Assembly (NCBI RefSeq): GCF_003231495.1
Contig: NZ_PQWO01000011.1
Location: 150,001 to 182,000, forward strand
Length of the DNA: 32,000 nt
Direction: 5' to 3'
From: Acaryochloris thomasi RCC1774
GTDB lineage: Bacteria > Cyanobacteriota > Cyanobacteriia > Thermosynechococcales > Thermosynechococcaceae
The notes under the pieces were generated by a model. That model searched no databases and was not told the origin of the DNA. It saw only the letters and a list, made by a program, of their open reading frames with translations. Below, piece after piece: positions 16,431 to 25,944 of this stretch. The stretch's first letter is position 1; each line of letters opens with the position of its first letter. The position numbers and the translations under genes were made by a program.

Positions 16431-18161
16431 TTAGTCCTTCTGCACTCTCACCAATTGGTAAGCGCCAACCTCCTGCAGCACTTGGAGGCGCTGAGGATCT
16501 AATTCAAGCGCTTCAATGCGGTGAGGATAAGCCACTAAAAGGACAGAGCGTTCAGACTGCTCCCAAGCGCCCTTGAGCCTCGCCTTAATCTGTCGAACCT
16601 TGTATAGATAGTCGACGGGCATCTGTGTATAAAAAACTAAGCTGGGTTTGAAGCCCGCCTGGATAATTGGCTCTCCGGTTTGATGTTCGCGTTTGATAGT
16701 CTCTGCAATTTGACGCAGCGGGAGCTGACGCTGACTGTCCATGATTTGCAGGGTGGGCAAAAAAGTAAGACTGAGAAACAACACCATTGCCACGACGTTG
16801 ATCCACCATAGACCGCGCAGGTTTCTCCAAAGAAGAACGAGGCTTGCGATCGCACCTCCGCCCCAAATCAAGCCGCCCCAGACCATGACGCCTGATTCCT
16901 GCACCATCCTCGGGAAGTCTGGCATTGACTGATCGTTGCCCAGCCAGCTAGAGCTGTAAAAGCAGGCTATTGATAGAGCGATCAGCAGTAATAGGTGCGC
17001 TATGACACTCAGGATTATGCCCCAGCGCCTGCGAATAGGGCCGGAGATGCGATCGCTCAGTCCTCCCACCAAAATGGCCGCAGCGGGCATGAGTGGCAGC
17101 ACATAGCTCGGCAGCTTCGTCACCGCGATGGTGAAGAAGATTAAAACCCCAAAAAACCAGTGCAGCGCAAAGAGACCTAACTGTTCTGTTCTCGGCTGCT
17201 GCCGCCAGCGTAGCGGTTGCCAAGCCTGCAGGCGTGTGATCCCCAAAGGGAGCCAAACGGACCAGGGCGCAAACCCTAAAAGCACGATGGCAAAGTAAAA
17301 ATACCAAGGTGCAGCATGGTCATTGACGACGCTCGTGAATCGCTCCAGGTTGTGATAGCCGAAGAAAGACTCTAGATATGCTTGGCCATTCGCCCCGATT
17401 ACAAGGACATACCAGGGCACCGTCAGCAGCAAAAATAAGCCACTTCCCAGCCGCAGCGGCAGTTCGCGCATCACCGACCGCAGCTGCCCTAGGTAGAGCA
17501 AGAACGAAAGAATGATCAAACTCGGTAGGACAACGCCTACTGGTCCCTTCGCTAAAACAGCTAGGGCATCCAAGATAAAAAAGGCTAGATACCAGTGCTG
17601 CTGTTGCCTCCCCTGACACGCGTAGCCGATAAAAAAAGCTAGCAGGGCCATCCCTATACAGGCGGTTAGCAATAGATCTGAGACCCCCTGCCGGCCCCAG
17701 AGGATCAGCTCCGGCGTCAGGATGATCATGGCGGTACTCATCCAGGCTAGATAGGTAGGGTTCTTCTCTTTGAGGTTCGTTCCTGTGGAGGGTAGGCTAG
17801 GGCAGCCAAAGCGTTGCAGTGTATAAAAACTCAGGCTCACGAGAGCAAGGGCTGAGAGAGCCGAAGGAAGTCGAGCGGACCACTCATTCACGCCTAGCAC
17901 CTGATAAGTAAGGGCCATTAGCCAATAGATGAGTGGCGGTTTATCGAAGCGCGTTTCACCGTTGAAGTATGGGGTGACCCAGTCTCCTGTTGCCTGCATT
18001 TGACGAGCGGCTTCCACAAACAGTGGCTCGGTTTCGTCAACGAGGCCAATGCTGCCCAACTGCCAGATAAAGGCAATGCCAAAGAGAACGGCTAAGCCCA
18101 GGATAGAAAGCCACTGGCGGCGCTGTTGTTCGCTGGTCGGGCGTGAATGACTCGATGACAT
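16431..18161 (-). CDS. Glycosyltransferase family 39 protein (ArnT / dolichyl-phosphate-mannose mannosyltransferase-like), polytopic membrane protein
   Basis: N-terminal loop DETEPLFVEAARQM...YFNGETRFDKPPLIYWLMA is the GT39 signature. More than 10 hydrophobic segments follow. Confidence 0.85.
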   Translation of the reverse strand: MSSSHSRPTSEQQRRQWLSILGLAVLFGIAFIWQLGSIGLVDETEPLFVEAARQMQATGDWVTPYFNGETRFDKPPLIYWLMALTYQVLGVNEWSARLPSALSALALVSLSFYTLQRFGCPSLPSTGTNLKEKNPTYLAWMSTAMIILTPELILWGRQGVSDLLLTACIGMALLAFFIGYACQGRQQQHWYLAFFILDALAVLAKGPVGVVLPSLIILSFLLYLGQLRSVMRELPLRLGSGLFLLLTVPWYVLVIGANGQAYLESFFGYHNLERFTSVVNDHAAPWYFYFAIVLLGFAPWSVWLPLGITRLQAWQPLRWRQQPRTEQLGLFALHWFFGVLIFFTIAVTKLPSYVLPLMPAAAILVGGLSDRISGPIRRRWGIILSVIAHLLLLIALSIACFYSSSWLGNDQSMPDFPRMVQESGVMVWGGLIWGGGAIASLVLLWRNLRGLWWINVVAMVLFLSLTFLPTLQIMDSQRQLPLRQIAETIKREHQTGEPIIQAGFKPSLVFYTQMPVDYLYKVRQIKARLKGAWEQSERSVLLVAYPHRIEALELDPQRLQVLQEVGAYQLVRVQKD

Positions 18162-18234
18162 GCAGATCTCAGATGACGGCTGCCAGACTCTACTGTAGCG
18201 GCAATCATCGGTTCTGAAATACGGTCCTTACTTC

Positions 18235-18501
18235 TCAGGAAGGGTCTAGAGGAGAACCGTCATGAAAGGAGCGCGATCGCATCTGTGCATAAAGCTGTCG
18301 ATTAAGCTGTTGTCGAAATTCAAGGAACTTAGCTGAAGGCTGGTAGCTGCGTCCTTTGCTCTCGGCAATGCACTGGTCAAGCGCCTGAGTCAGTCTATCT
18401 AGCAGGGCTAGAGCATTCTGATCATCAATGGCCGTCTGGAGGTACAACACTGAGATCAAATTATCAATTTCTGTTTCGGTCAGGCCAATCCTGCAATTCA
18501 T
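18235..18501 (-). CDS. Hypothetical protein (88 aa)
   Basis: An ORF on the same strand, 73 nt upstream of the GT39 gene. I do not recognise a family. Confidence 0.35.
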   Translation of the reverse strand: MNCRIGLTETEIDNLISVLYLQTAIDDQNALALLDRLTQALDQCIAESKGRSYQPSAKFLEFRQQLNRQLYAQMRSRSFHDGSPLDPS

Positions 18502-18849
18502 CTAAAAATTACTCCTGTGATGCGGTATTCCCCCCACATCGGTGGTTCAGCACGCAAAGTGTCGCCTGACCTCCCAATCATGAGAACCAGATGCTGATTA
18601 AATCAAATTTCTTAATTGTGAAGTTACGGAGACGGCGAACATCTACCCCTGGATGTGCCGCTTTCCCCCAATGCTCCGTTTGTCCCAATAAAGACATAGA
18701 CCCACTTTATTAAAGATAATTCATTGACTCTTAATCGTCGAGAGTGGTCAATAGAAAGGTGATGGTAATTAATGGAAAAAAGCTTGCAGCTAATAGAAAA
18801 TAAACCCTTGCCTGATTTTCGGCTATCAGCTCTTTGAGGACAATCTGCC

Positions 18850-19650
18850 ATGACCGAGCTAAGCAAAATTTTGCTGTATCCCATTAAGTCTCTAGATGGG
18901 ATTGCGGTTACGCAAGCGACATTACTTCCTGGCGGTGCGCTACAGGGCGATCGTGAGTTGGCGATTGTTGATGCCAATCACCAACTGATTAATGGCAAAC
19001 GGAACGCTGATATTCACCGGTTGCGATCGCAATTCGACTTACCCCAGCGCTTAATCCATCTCAATATTCAGGGAGAGTCAAGTACCACCAGCTTCCATCT
19101 TGATCTGCAGCGGCCAGCTTTGGAGGCTTGGTTCAGCGATTATTTTGAGCAGCCGGTCCATCTGATGCAAAATCTGGAGACGGGGTTCCCGGATGATCTA
19201 GAGTCAACGGGGCCAACATTTGTCAGCGTGGCAAGTTTAGAGACGGTGGCGAGTTGGTATTCCGACCTGAATGTTGAGGCGATCCGGCGGCGGTTTCGTA
19301 CGAATCTAGAGCTGGATGCCGCCACAGCCTTTTGGGAAGATCGCTTATTTGGAGAGCCAAATGTGCCGCTGCCGTTTCGGGTGGGGGATGTCCAATTCTT
19401 GGGGATCAATCCCTGCCAGCGCTGCCCGGTACCGACGCGCGATCCTGATACAGGGGACGTCTACTCAGGGTTTCAGAAAACCTTTGTTGCTAAGCGCCGG
19501 GAGACGCTACCGGAGGGGGTGTTGCGATCGCGGTTTAATCACTTCTATAGACTGACGGTGAACACTCAGGTTCCGGCTTCAGAAGCGGGTAAGGTGCTGA
19601 GGGTCGGAGATGCCGTTGAAACCATAGCTGGACGGTATGATTTAAGCTGA
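18850..19650 (+). CDS. MOSC domain-containing protein (N-terminal beta-barrel plus MOSC)
   Basis: LLYPIKSLDGIAV...LQGDRELAIVD is the MOSC_N pattern. C-terminal CQRCPVPTRDPDTG contains the conserved MOSC cysteine. GAGGA lies 9 nt upstream of the ATG. Confidence 0.85.
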   Translation: MTELSKILLYPIKSLDGIAVTQATLLPGGALQGDRELAIVDANHQLINGKRNADIHRLRSQFDLPQRLIHLNIQGESSTTSFHLDLQRPALEAWFSDYFEQPVHLMQNLETGFPDDLESTGPTFVSVASLETVASWYSDLNVEAIRRRFRTNLELDAATAFWEDRLFGEPNVPLPFRVGDVQFLGINPCQRCPVPTRDPDTGDVYSGFQKTFVAKRRETLPEGVLRSRFNHFYRLTVNTQVPASEAGKVLRVGDAVETIAGRYDLS

Positions 19651-19673
19651 CGTTGTGCTTTTTGAGGTTAAGT

Positions 19674-21458
19674 GTGGCTATTACTGGTTCGCGCCTGCGG
19701 CGTTGGGTCTCGATGGGTTTGGCTTTTGTATTTGCGATCGCAACCAGCGGCTGCAGCCTAGAGAGCTTTAGAACCGAAGCGGCCCAGGTTCCTGAACTCG
19801 TCACCAGCGTTCTCAGCGGCCCAGCCACCTTTAACTATGCCCTGAGTCAAGAATCTCCGAATATTTTCACCTATACCTATGAAGGACTCGTCACCAGCAA
19901 CCCGATCACCGGAGATGTCGAACCTGCCCTCGCTGAATCCTGGGAGATTTCAGAAGACAAGCTCAAGATTGAATTTTTGCTGCGGCCCAATCTAAAGTGG
20001 TCAGACGGTCAGCCATTGACGGTAGACGACGTGGTCTTTACCTACAACGATATCTATCTCAACGAAGATATCCCCACCGATACCCGTGACGCCTTACGGA
20101 TTGGGGAAAGTGGGGCTTTCCCTAATATTCGCAAGTTAGACGATCGCCGCGTTGAGTTCACAGTCCCTGAACCCTTTGCTCCTTTTCTACAAGCAACCGG
20201 CACGCCCATCCTGCCCGCCCATATCCTGCGGGAAACTGTGGAGAAAAAAGATTCTGCAGGGAAGCCTATTTTTAACTCGACGTGGAGTGTCGAAACGGCT
20301 CCAGAGAAGATCATTGTTAATGGTCCCTACAAGTTAGCCAACTACACTATTGATCAACGGGTCATTTACCGTCGCAACCCCTATTATTGGCGCTATCAAA
20401 CCTCAGGTGCTTCTGATGGCAACATCGAGCGTATTGTCTGGCAGATTGTGGAATCGGCTGATGCTTCGCTATTACAGTTCCGCTCAGGAGGTCTCGATTC
20501 TGTAGGGGTCACGCCTGAGCAGTTTTCGCTGCTGAAACGAGAAGAAGAAGAAGGTAACTTTGAAATTTTGGAGGGCGGCCCAGCCCCTGGCACCAACTTT
20601 GTTTTCTTCAACTTAAACACAGGTAAACGCAAAGGTCGGCCTTTAGTTGATCCTGTTAAATCAAAGTGGTTCAATAACGTGGCTTTTCGCCAAGCCGTTG
20701 CCTATGCCGTCAATCGGCAAAAGATGCTAACTAACACGTTTTTAGGATTAGGGAAAACGCAGAACTCACCGGTTTCCGTTCAGAGTCCTTTTTATCTGAC
20801 GCCAGAGGAGGGACTAAAAACCTATGACTATGATCCCGAAAAAGCGAAGCAGCTGTTAACAGGAGCAGGCTTTCAGTACAAGGGCAACGAGCTGTACGAC
20901 TCAGACGGGAATCGAGTCCAATTCGTGCTGAAAACAAATTCGGGGAATGCCACGCGAGAAGCACTAGGGGCACAGATCAAACAAGATCTAGCAGGCATTG
21001 GGATGCAGGTGGATTTTGCTCCGCTGGCGTTTGGTACGCTTGTGGACCAGCTTTCGTCTTCACTAGAGTGGGAGTGCGTTCTGCTGGGTTTGACGGGGGG
21101 AACTGAACCTCACTTCGGTAAAAACGTCTGGGATCCAGACGGTGGTCTGCATATGTTCAATCAGGCCGCTGATGGTGTGGAGGGGCGGGTTGTCAATGAC
21201 TGGGAACAAGAAATTGGTCAGCTCTATATTCAAGGTGCACGAGAGTTAGATGAGGCCAAGCGCAAAGAAATCTATTCTAAAACTCAGCAGATTTCTCAGG
21301 AGCAACTGCCCCTCATTTATCTGATTAATCCTCTATCATTGAACGCGGTTCGCAACAAGTTTACCGGCATTCAGTATTCAGCCTTGGGCGGTGCATTCTG
21401 GAACATTCACGACATTTCTGCAGAGAATCCAGCAGAGCGTGCGGAAATCACTGAGTAG
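19674..21458 (+). CDS. ABC transporter substrate-binding lipoprotein, family 5 (peptide/nickel/opine type)
   Basis: The lipobox FAIATSGC follows a basic n-region. Family-5 blocks include KWSDGQPLTVDDVVFTY and YRRNPYYW. GTG at 19674 has GAGG 6 nt upstream. The ORF track begins at a TTG at 19653. Confidence 0.85.
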   Translation: MAITGSRLRRWVSMGLAFVFAIATSGCSLESFRTEAAQVPELVTSVLSGPATFNYALSQESPNIFTYTYEGLVTSNPITGDVEPALAESWEISEDKLKIEFLLRPNLKWSDGQPLTVDDVVFTYNDIYLNEDIPTDTRDALRIGESGAFPNIRKLDDRRVEFTVPEPFAPFLQATGTPILPAHILRETVEKKDSAGKPIFNSTWSVETAPEKIIVNGPYKLANYTIDQRVIYRRNPYYWRYQTSGASDGNIERIVWQIVESADASLLQFRSGGLDSVGVTPEQFSLLKREEEEGNFEILEGGPAPGTNFVFFNLNTGKRKGRPLVDPVKSKWFNNVAFRQAVAYAVNRQKMLTNTFLGLGKTQNSPVSVQSPFYLTPEEGLKTYDYDPEKAKQLLTGAGFQYKGNELYDSDGNRVQFVLKTNSGNATREALGAQIKQDLAGIGMQVDFAPLAFGTLVDQLSSSLEWECVLLGLTGGTEPHFGKNVWDPDGGLHMFNQAADGVEGRVVNDWEQEIGQLYIQGARELDEAKRKEIYSKTQQISQEQLPLIYLINPLSLNAVRNKFTGIQYSALGGAFWNIHDISAENPAERAEITE

Positions 21459-21497
21459 AGTGACAGTTGTGGTAGCCGTTTTACACTTTTTATATGG

Positions 21498-22925
21498 TCA
21501 TTCAAAAATTTCATCTAATTTGTCTTCTAGCTTTTTGCGTTGTGAATCGCTGAGATCAAATCTGCAGAATTTTGTTACTCTCAGCAAGTCTTCAAAATGA
21601 GGTATTTCTCTCAATTCTGCAGAGAAGTCTGTCCATTGATTGCTCGACAAACTCAACTCTTTGAGGTTGACTAATTCTCCGAACATAGATGGAAAATGAC
21701 TTATCTGATTGTCAGCAAGATCAAGTTTTTGCAGATTCACAAGCTGCCTAATTTCCACTGGCAGGCTACTTAATTGATTGCCGCAAAGCTCAAGCTCGTT
21801 TAGATTGGATAGCTGACTAATTTCCTCTGGTAGCCTGCTCAATCTATTATTCCAGAAGATAAGTTTTCTAAGCTGTTTGAGATTTCCAATCCCTTTCGGT
21901 AAATCACTTAGCTCATTTTCAGCAAGAGAAATTATTTGAAGTTGCGGTAAATTTAAAGTATTTTCTGGGAAAAAACTTAGTTTATTGTCAGACAGATTAA
22001 TCTCTTGTAGGTTTTCTAATTGCCCTACTTCTGTCGGTAGTTGACTGAGCTTATTGGCATAGAGAGAAAGTTCTTTGAGTTTGACTAATTGACCAATCTC
22101 CTTAGGTAGGCGGCTCAGTCTGTTATCAGACAGTATAAGTTTTTCTAAATTTACTAACTGCCCGACTTGTTTTGGTAGTCTCCTCAGTTGATTCCCTTTG
22201 AGGTTCATCTTCTGCAATTTTTTTGACTGCCCGACTTCTGAAGGGATGCGGCTCAGCTTATTGTTAGAAAAGTCTATCACTCTCAAGTTTATAAGCTGCT
22301 CAATCCCCTCTGGAAAACTGCTCAGATGGCTATAAGTCACACTGAGGATTTGAAGATTTTTCAGTCGTGCGATTTCTTGAGGCAGGCGATCGATCTGTGT
22401 TCTCTGAATGGAAAGTTCCTTTAAATTTGCTAATTGTCCAATCTCGGAAGGCAGAGCACTTAGATTCTTGCTGGAGATGACCAGCGTTTCTAGCTTTTCT
22501 AATCGTCCAATTTCTGTGGGCAAACCATTCAAATTATCAGCATGTAGAATCAGTGTTTTTAGATTCTTGAGCTGCCCGATTTCTGCTGGGATGCTGCTCA
22601 GTTCGTCGTTGTGAATGCTGAAGGTCTTCAGATCTTTCAACTTCCCAATTTCTGAGGGAATTTTTCTAATAGGTAGGTTGCTCAAATTGAGTCGAGTTGC
22701 CTGTCTCTCGAGCGCTGTCTGAATCCGATCCTGCGCCTCTGTGTCAGCCAGGTCCGCTTGAGCATAATATTCTAGGTCTGCAGGATGCTCCCTAGTTTGA
22801 TGGGGTAGGGATAATGCAGCATAATTTTGATGCCTAGGGCTACAGATGCCAGCCGTGATAGTCAACAGTGCCAACAGCACTTTGAGGTATTTTCGGTTGT
22901 GCAGAATCATCTGTAAGTAGCTCAT
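21498..22925 (-). CDS. Leucine-rich repeat (LRR) protein with an N-terminal hydrophobic signal/anchor
   Basis: About 16 consecutive 23-residue units of the form LxxLxLxxNxLxxLPxEIGQLxNL. N-terminus KYLKVLLALLTITAGICS. Start candidates are ATG 22925, ATG 22910 and TTG 22961. Confidence 0.85.
   Translation of the reverse strand: MSYLQMILHNRKYLKVLLALLTITAGICSPRHQNYAALSLPHQTREHPADLEYYAQADLADTEAQDRIQTALERQATRLNLSNLPIRKIPSEIGKLKDLKTFSIHNDELSSIPAEIGQLKNLKTLILHADNLNGLPTEIGRLEKLETLVISSKNLSALPSEIGQLANLKELSIQRTQIDRLPQEIARLKNLQILSVTYSHLSSFPEGIEQLINLRVIDFSNNKLSRIPSEVGQSKKLQKMNLKGNQLRRLPKQVGQLVNLEKLILSDNRLSRLPKEIGQLVKLKELSLYANKLSQLPTEVGQLENLQEINLSDNKLSFFPENTLNLPQLQIISLAENELSDLPKGIGNLKQLRKLIFWNNRLSRLPEEISQLSNLNELELCGNQLSSLPVEIRQLVNLQKLDLADNQISHFPSMFGELVNLKELSLSSNQWTDFSAELREIPHFEDLLRVTKFCRFDLSDSQRKKLEDKLDEIFE
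21591..22694 (-). repeat. Array of about 16 tandem 69-bp (23-codon) LRR units within the LRR gene
   Basis: The periodicity is read from the translated protein, from RLNLSNLPIRKIPSEIGKLKDLK to ELSLSSNQWTDFSAELREIPHFE. The units are diverged at the DNA level. Confidence 0.8.
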
Positions 22926-23123
22926 TGTAAGGCTCGATCCGATTAAAGAGGTTCGGAACAATGACCACCCAGTTCCGCAAATCGGAACCCACTATTTTCA
23001 TAGAGCCGGTACTCAACTTGCCCCCTTTTGTAAGGATGCCCACAGAATAAACATTGCTGCCCAAGAGAATTGCGGCGGCAGTTAGTCAGAAGAATTCTAC
23101 GATTTCTTTTTAGATGCTCGGGG

Positions 23124-23414
23124 TCAGTCGTCAGCCATGATTTTGGGCACTCGAAAAAAGTCGCCATCTTGCTCGGGTGCACCCGCTAGGATGCGATCGC
23201 GTTCTTCACAGGTCTGCTGTTGATCAACACGCGTCACATTACTGACATCAATGGCCCGCGTCGTTGGCTCCACACCCTCTACATCCAGCTCGCTGAGCTG
23301 ATCAAAATAATCCAGAATATCGCCAAGCTGAGTCGTAAACTGTGATTCCTCTGCAGCCGTCAGCTCTAGGCGGGCTAGATTGGCCACCTTCAGTACTTCT
23401 TCGCGTTCAATCAT
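23124..23414 (-). CDS. gatC: Asp-tRNA(Asn)/Glu-tRNA(Gln) amidotransferase subunit C
   Basis: [51 protein letters not shown] is the canonical GatC sequence pattern, at 96 aa. Confidence 0.9.
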   Translation of the reverse strand: MIEREEVLKVANLARLELTAAEESQFTTQLGDILDYFDQLSELDVEGVEPTTRAIDVSNVTRVDQQQTCEERDRILAGAPEQDGDFFRVPKIMADD

Positions 23415-23436
23415 GTATAAAAACCATGTATAAAAA

Positions 23437-23955
23437 TTACTTGCTATCCAACGTTGCTCTTCCCGTTGTCTTCAGCCAATTTTGTGCTTCAGGATAGTTA
23501 TTAGGCACTAAACGCACCGCCTTGACCCACAGATCAGCCGCGCGATCGTACATCTCTTCTGCCTCGTCAGTCTTACCCGCCTGCGTCGCCTCTTCCCCGC
23601 GTTGATGGAAGATTACCGCTGAGTTATTGAGTGCCTGAGGCATCTGAGGATTGAGATCTAACGCTTCGTCGTAGGTCTTCAGCGCCCTATCGTATTCTGC
23701 GTTGCTCGTATAAATAAGAGCCATATTGTATAAAACAAAGCTGCGATCGTAGGGATCTTCCTCTAGTTCTAGGGCTTCTTTGTAGTTATCGAGGGCTTCG
23801 GCATACTCGCCATCGGCCTGAGCTGACATGCCATCTCGGTAGTAGGCAAATGCTTCCTTTGCCTTGGGGTTCGTCGGCAATAGCTTCAGGATAATGTCTG
23901 CAATGACGGTAAACGTCTTATCAACAAAGTTATCGTTGCGTTGGGTTCTAGGCAT
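23437..23955 (-). CDS. ycf3: Photosystem I assembly protein Ycf3 (TPR)
   Basis: [29 protein letters not shown]...[21 protein letters not shown]...[13 protein letters not shown] is the highly conserved Ycf3 sequence. Confidence 0.92.
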   Translation of the reverse strand: MPRTQRNDNFVDKTFTVIADIILKLLPTNPKAKEAFAYYRDGMSAQADGEYAEALDNYKEALELEEDPYDRSFVLYNMALIYTSNAEYDRALKTYDEALDLNPQMPQALNNSAVIFHQRGEEATQAGKTDEAEEMYDRAADLWVKAVRLVPNNYPEAQNWLKTTGRATLDSK

Positions 23956-24063
23956 AGTCGCTGAGCCGAGGTAGAGATGTCTAGATGATCACAATGAACT
24001 GCGACCGAGTGCAAGCTTTAGTCTAACAGCTTTACTTTCAGCAAAGATTCTTTGCCCAAAGGC

Positions 24064-24804
24064 TTATCTGACCGTCAATGCTGCGCCCACAAACGCGATC
24101 AGATTGTTCAAGCTATGCATCGCCAGGGGCAGGTAGAGAGAGCGGGTTTTCAGTTGGGCAATCCCCAGCAGCAGACCAAACCCAAAGAGAATCCCCATAA
24201 AGAATAGATTGTACTGTAGGTGAATGACAGCCCAGATTCCTGACGAGATCAGAACAGCTCCGGTGGGGCCGAGGCTGGATCTCGCGATTCCGGGTATCAT
24301 AAAGCCGCGAAATAAAAGCTCCTCAAACAGGGGGCCGACCAACACCACCGCAATAAACAGCGGGACTAAATGGTGAGCAGAGGTAAAAGCCTCCACCATA
24401 AACTGATCGCTTTGGTGAAACAGCTTCATCGATAACTCTGAAAGCACCAAAAAGCCCAGGAAAGCAATGTGCCAGAGGACAAAGGTTTTTACTGAAATAC
24501 CGCGTAGCCCCAAATACTGGGGCACGGTGATGGAGCGCCGCAGACGCACAAAGAAGTAGATCAAACCGATGCCGATGGTATCCGCTACCAGGGTCGAGAT
24601 GGCGAGCAAAAGGCCGTTCGTCTCTAAGCTCTTAGCAATCTGGGTGAAATCTTGAACTTCTGCTCCTGGCGTTTGGGCCATGACGATGAAAATCGCGACC
24701 AATGCGATTGCCGTACTTGCCCCTAGCAAGGTACCGATAATCAGCGTGGAAAAACCGAGGGTTGGCCACAGGGGCCAAGGCTGTGGCTTCACGTTCATTG
24801 TCAT
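24064..24804 (-). CDS. CPBP family intramembrane glutamic endopeptidase (CAAX protease-like)
   Basis: Motifs EELLFRG, the IWAVIH region and AMHSLNN, with multiple TM segments. The ORF track starts at a TTG at 24810. ATGs lie at 24804 and 24798. Confidence 0.85.
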   Translation of the reverse strand: MTMNVKPQPWPLWPTLGFSTLIIGTLLGASTAIALVAIFIVMAQTPGAEVQDFTQIAKSLETNGLLLAISTLVADTIGIGLIYFFVRLRRSITVPQYLGLRGISVKTFVLWHIAFLGFLVLSELSMKLFHQSDQFMVEAFTSAHHLVPLFIAVVLVGPLFEELLFRGFMIPGIARSSLGPTGAVLISSGIWAVIHLQYNLFFMGILFGFGLLLGIAQLKTRSLYLPLAMHSLNNLIAFVGAALTVR

Positions 24805-25046
24805 CAGCAATCATTCCGGCAGTTGAATCGAGTCCTAATCAACCGCTACGTGGGGGCTATATTTGCCGTCCTGCGAAGAGTTATAGATCAGGCGTTAGCC
24901 GTCAGTATAAGTGCTGATCGGAAATCGGGAGATGCATATAGACAGAGCTTGAAAGCTGTGGTAGAGACAACTTTGCTGCTGACGATGCTAGGCGTGGACC
25001 CTTTGAGCCAAAGATACTTCCGATCCAGCGTCCACTTTGTGACCCG

Positions 25047-25862
25047 CTACTGCTGTCGCTGCTCTTGTTCTGATTCTGAAGGAAGCTGCACGGACATGAG
25101 CCCATCATCATTCACTGAGACTCGACCTCCCAGCGCCTCAATTTGGCTGCTAGCAAACTGCTGTGTTCGCTGATCGACGGCACTCATCAATATGTTAGAC
25201 CAAGAGCTAACTTGGGCCTGACGACTATCAGGATTTGTCGCTAAAAACTCAGCCGTCTGCCGGGAGCGTTGTGCTACTTTCCTCAGCCCAGGCTTTGACG
25301 ATCGGCCGGCCCAGTTTGCCGCTTGTTCGTAAGATTGACGCGCAGCCTGAGGCTGTCCTAAAAACAACAGTTCATCCGCGGCCTTTGCCTGCCAGAGAAA
25401 GTATGCTTCTGGCTTCATCGCCTCTGGAATCTCGGCGAGTCCCTGCTCTAGCATAGCCACTGATTTCTGAGGTTGTCCGCCGTAGAGGGTCACCATTGAA
25501 GATAGATAGCTATACATATCTAAAAACAACGGATCGCGATTGACCACCACTTCAAAGAACTCAGGCGTCACCGTATAGCCAGTTTTACTGCGGGCTTCGT
25601 CATCACCAAAATACTGCACCACATTCAGGAAGGCCCAATTGGCAATCAAGTTATCGAAACCAGATGACGGCAATTTCTGGGCCAAGGCCATGTTGGTCTT
25701 ATACTGTGCTTCTTCTCGTAGCGCCTCTGCCTTGGTAATTTCTTGGTCGGCCTGCTGTTCTGCGGCCGTGACTTGAGCGGACTGTAGATGGGCAATGGTA
25801 CCGGCACAGATAATTGCGATCGCAGGTGCTACAGCCTGTTTGATCAGTCCTCGGATCTGCAT
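25047..25862 (-). CDS. Hypothetical exported protein, helical/TPR-like
   Basis: A 271-aa ORF with an N-terminal signal/anchor (AVAPAIAIICAGTIAHL). The remainder looks alpha-helical. I do not recognise a family. Confidence 0.55.
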   Translation of the reverse strand: MQIRGLIKQAVAPAIAIICAGTIAHLQSAQVTAAEQQADQEITKAEALREEAQYKTNMALAQKLPSSGFDNLIANWAFLNVVQYFGDDEARSKTGYTVTPEFFEVVVNRDPLFLDMYSYLSSMVTLYGGQPQKSVAMLEQGLAEIPEAMKPEAYFLWQAKAADELLFLGQPQAARQSYEQAANWAGRSSKPGLRKVAQRSRQTAEFLATNPDSRQAQVSSWSNILMSAVDQRTQQFASSQIEALGGRVSVNDDGLMSVQLPSESEQEQRQQ

Positions 25863-25944
25863 TTTTCCTAAATCCCCAATGTCCGCAGCCTTAGTGTTCC
25901 CAAACTGGACTCAAAAATTTCAGGGTGGAGAAAATTTTCCCAGC

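Noticed and set aside
16585-17619. Several 72-119 aa same-strand alternative-frame ORFs inside the GT39 gene
   Set aside because: They are Arg/Ala/Pro-rich out-of-frame translations of a membrane-protein gene, so there is no independent support for them.
18591-18713. 40-codon ORF with a Cys-rich C-terminal half (…GCAAFPQCSVCPNK…) considered as a possible RiPP precursor
   Set aside because: It has no SD and no modifying enzyme, protease or exporter genes nearby. The neighbours are MOSC and GT39 genes, so there is insufficient support.
22961-23050. 29-codon plus-strand ORF (MTTQFRKSEPTIFIEPVLNLPPFVRMPTE) in the LRR-gatC spacer
   Set aside because: It has no ribosome-binding site, no recognisable family, and it overlaps the likely LRR promoter and start region.
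24823-25173. 116-aa plus-strand ORF between the CPBP gene and the hypothetical exported protein gene
   Set aside because: It overlaps the 3' end of the 271-aa minus-strand gene. It has no start context and odd composition (Cys/Ser/Arg-rich), so it is probably spurious.
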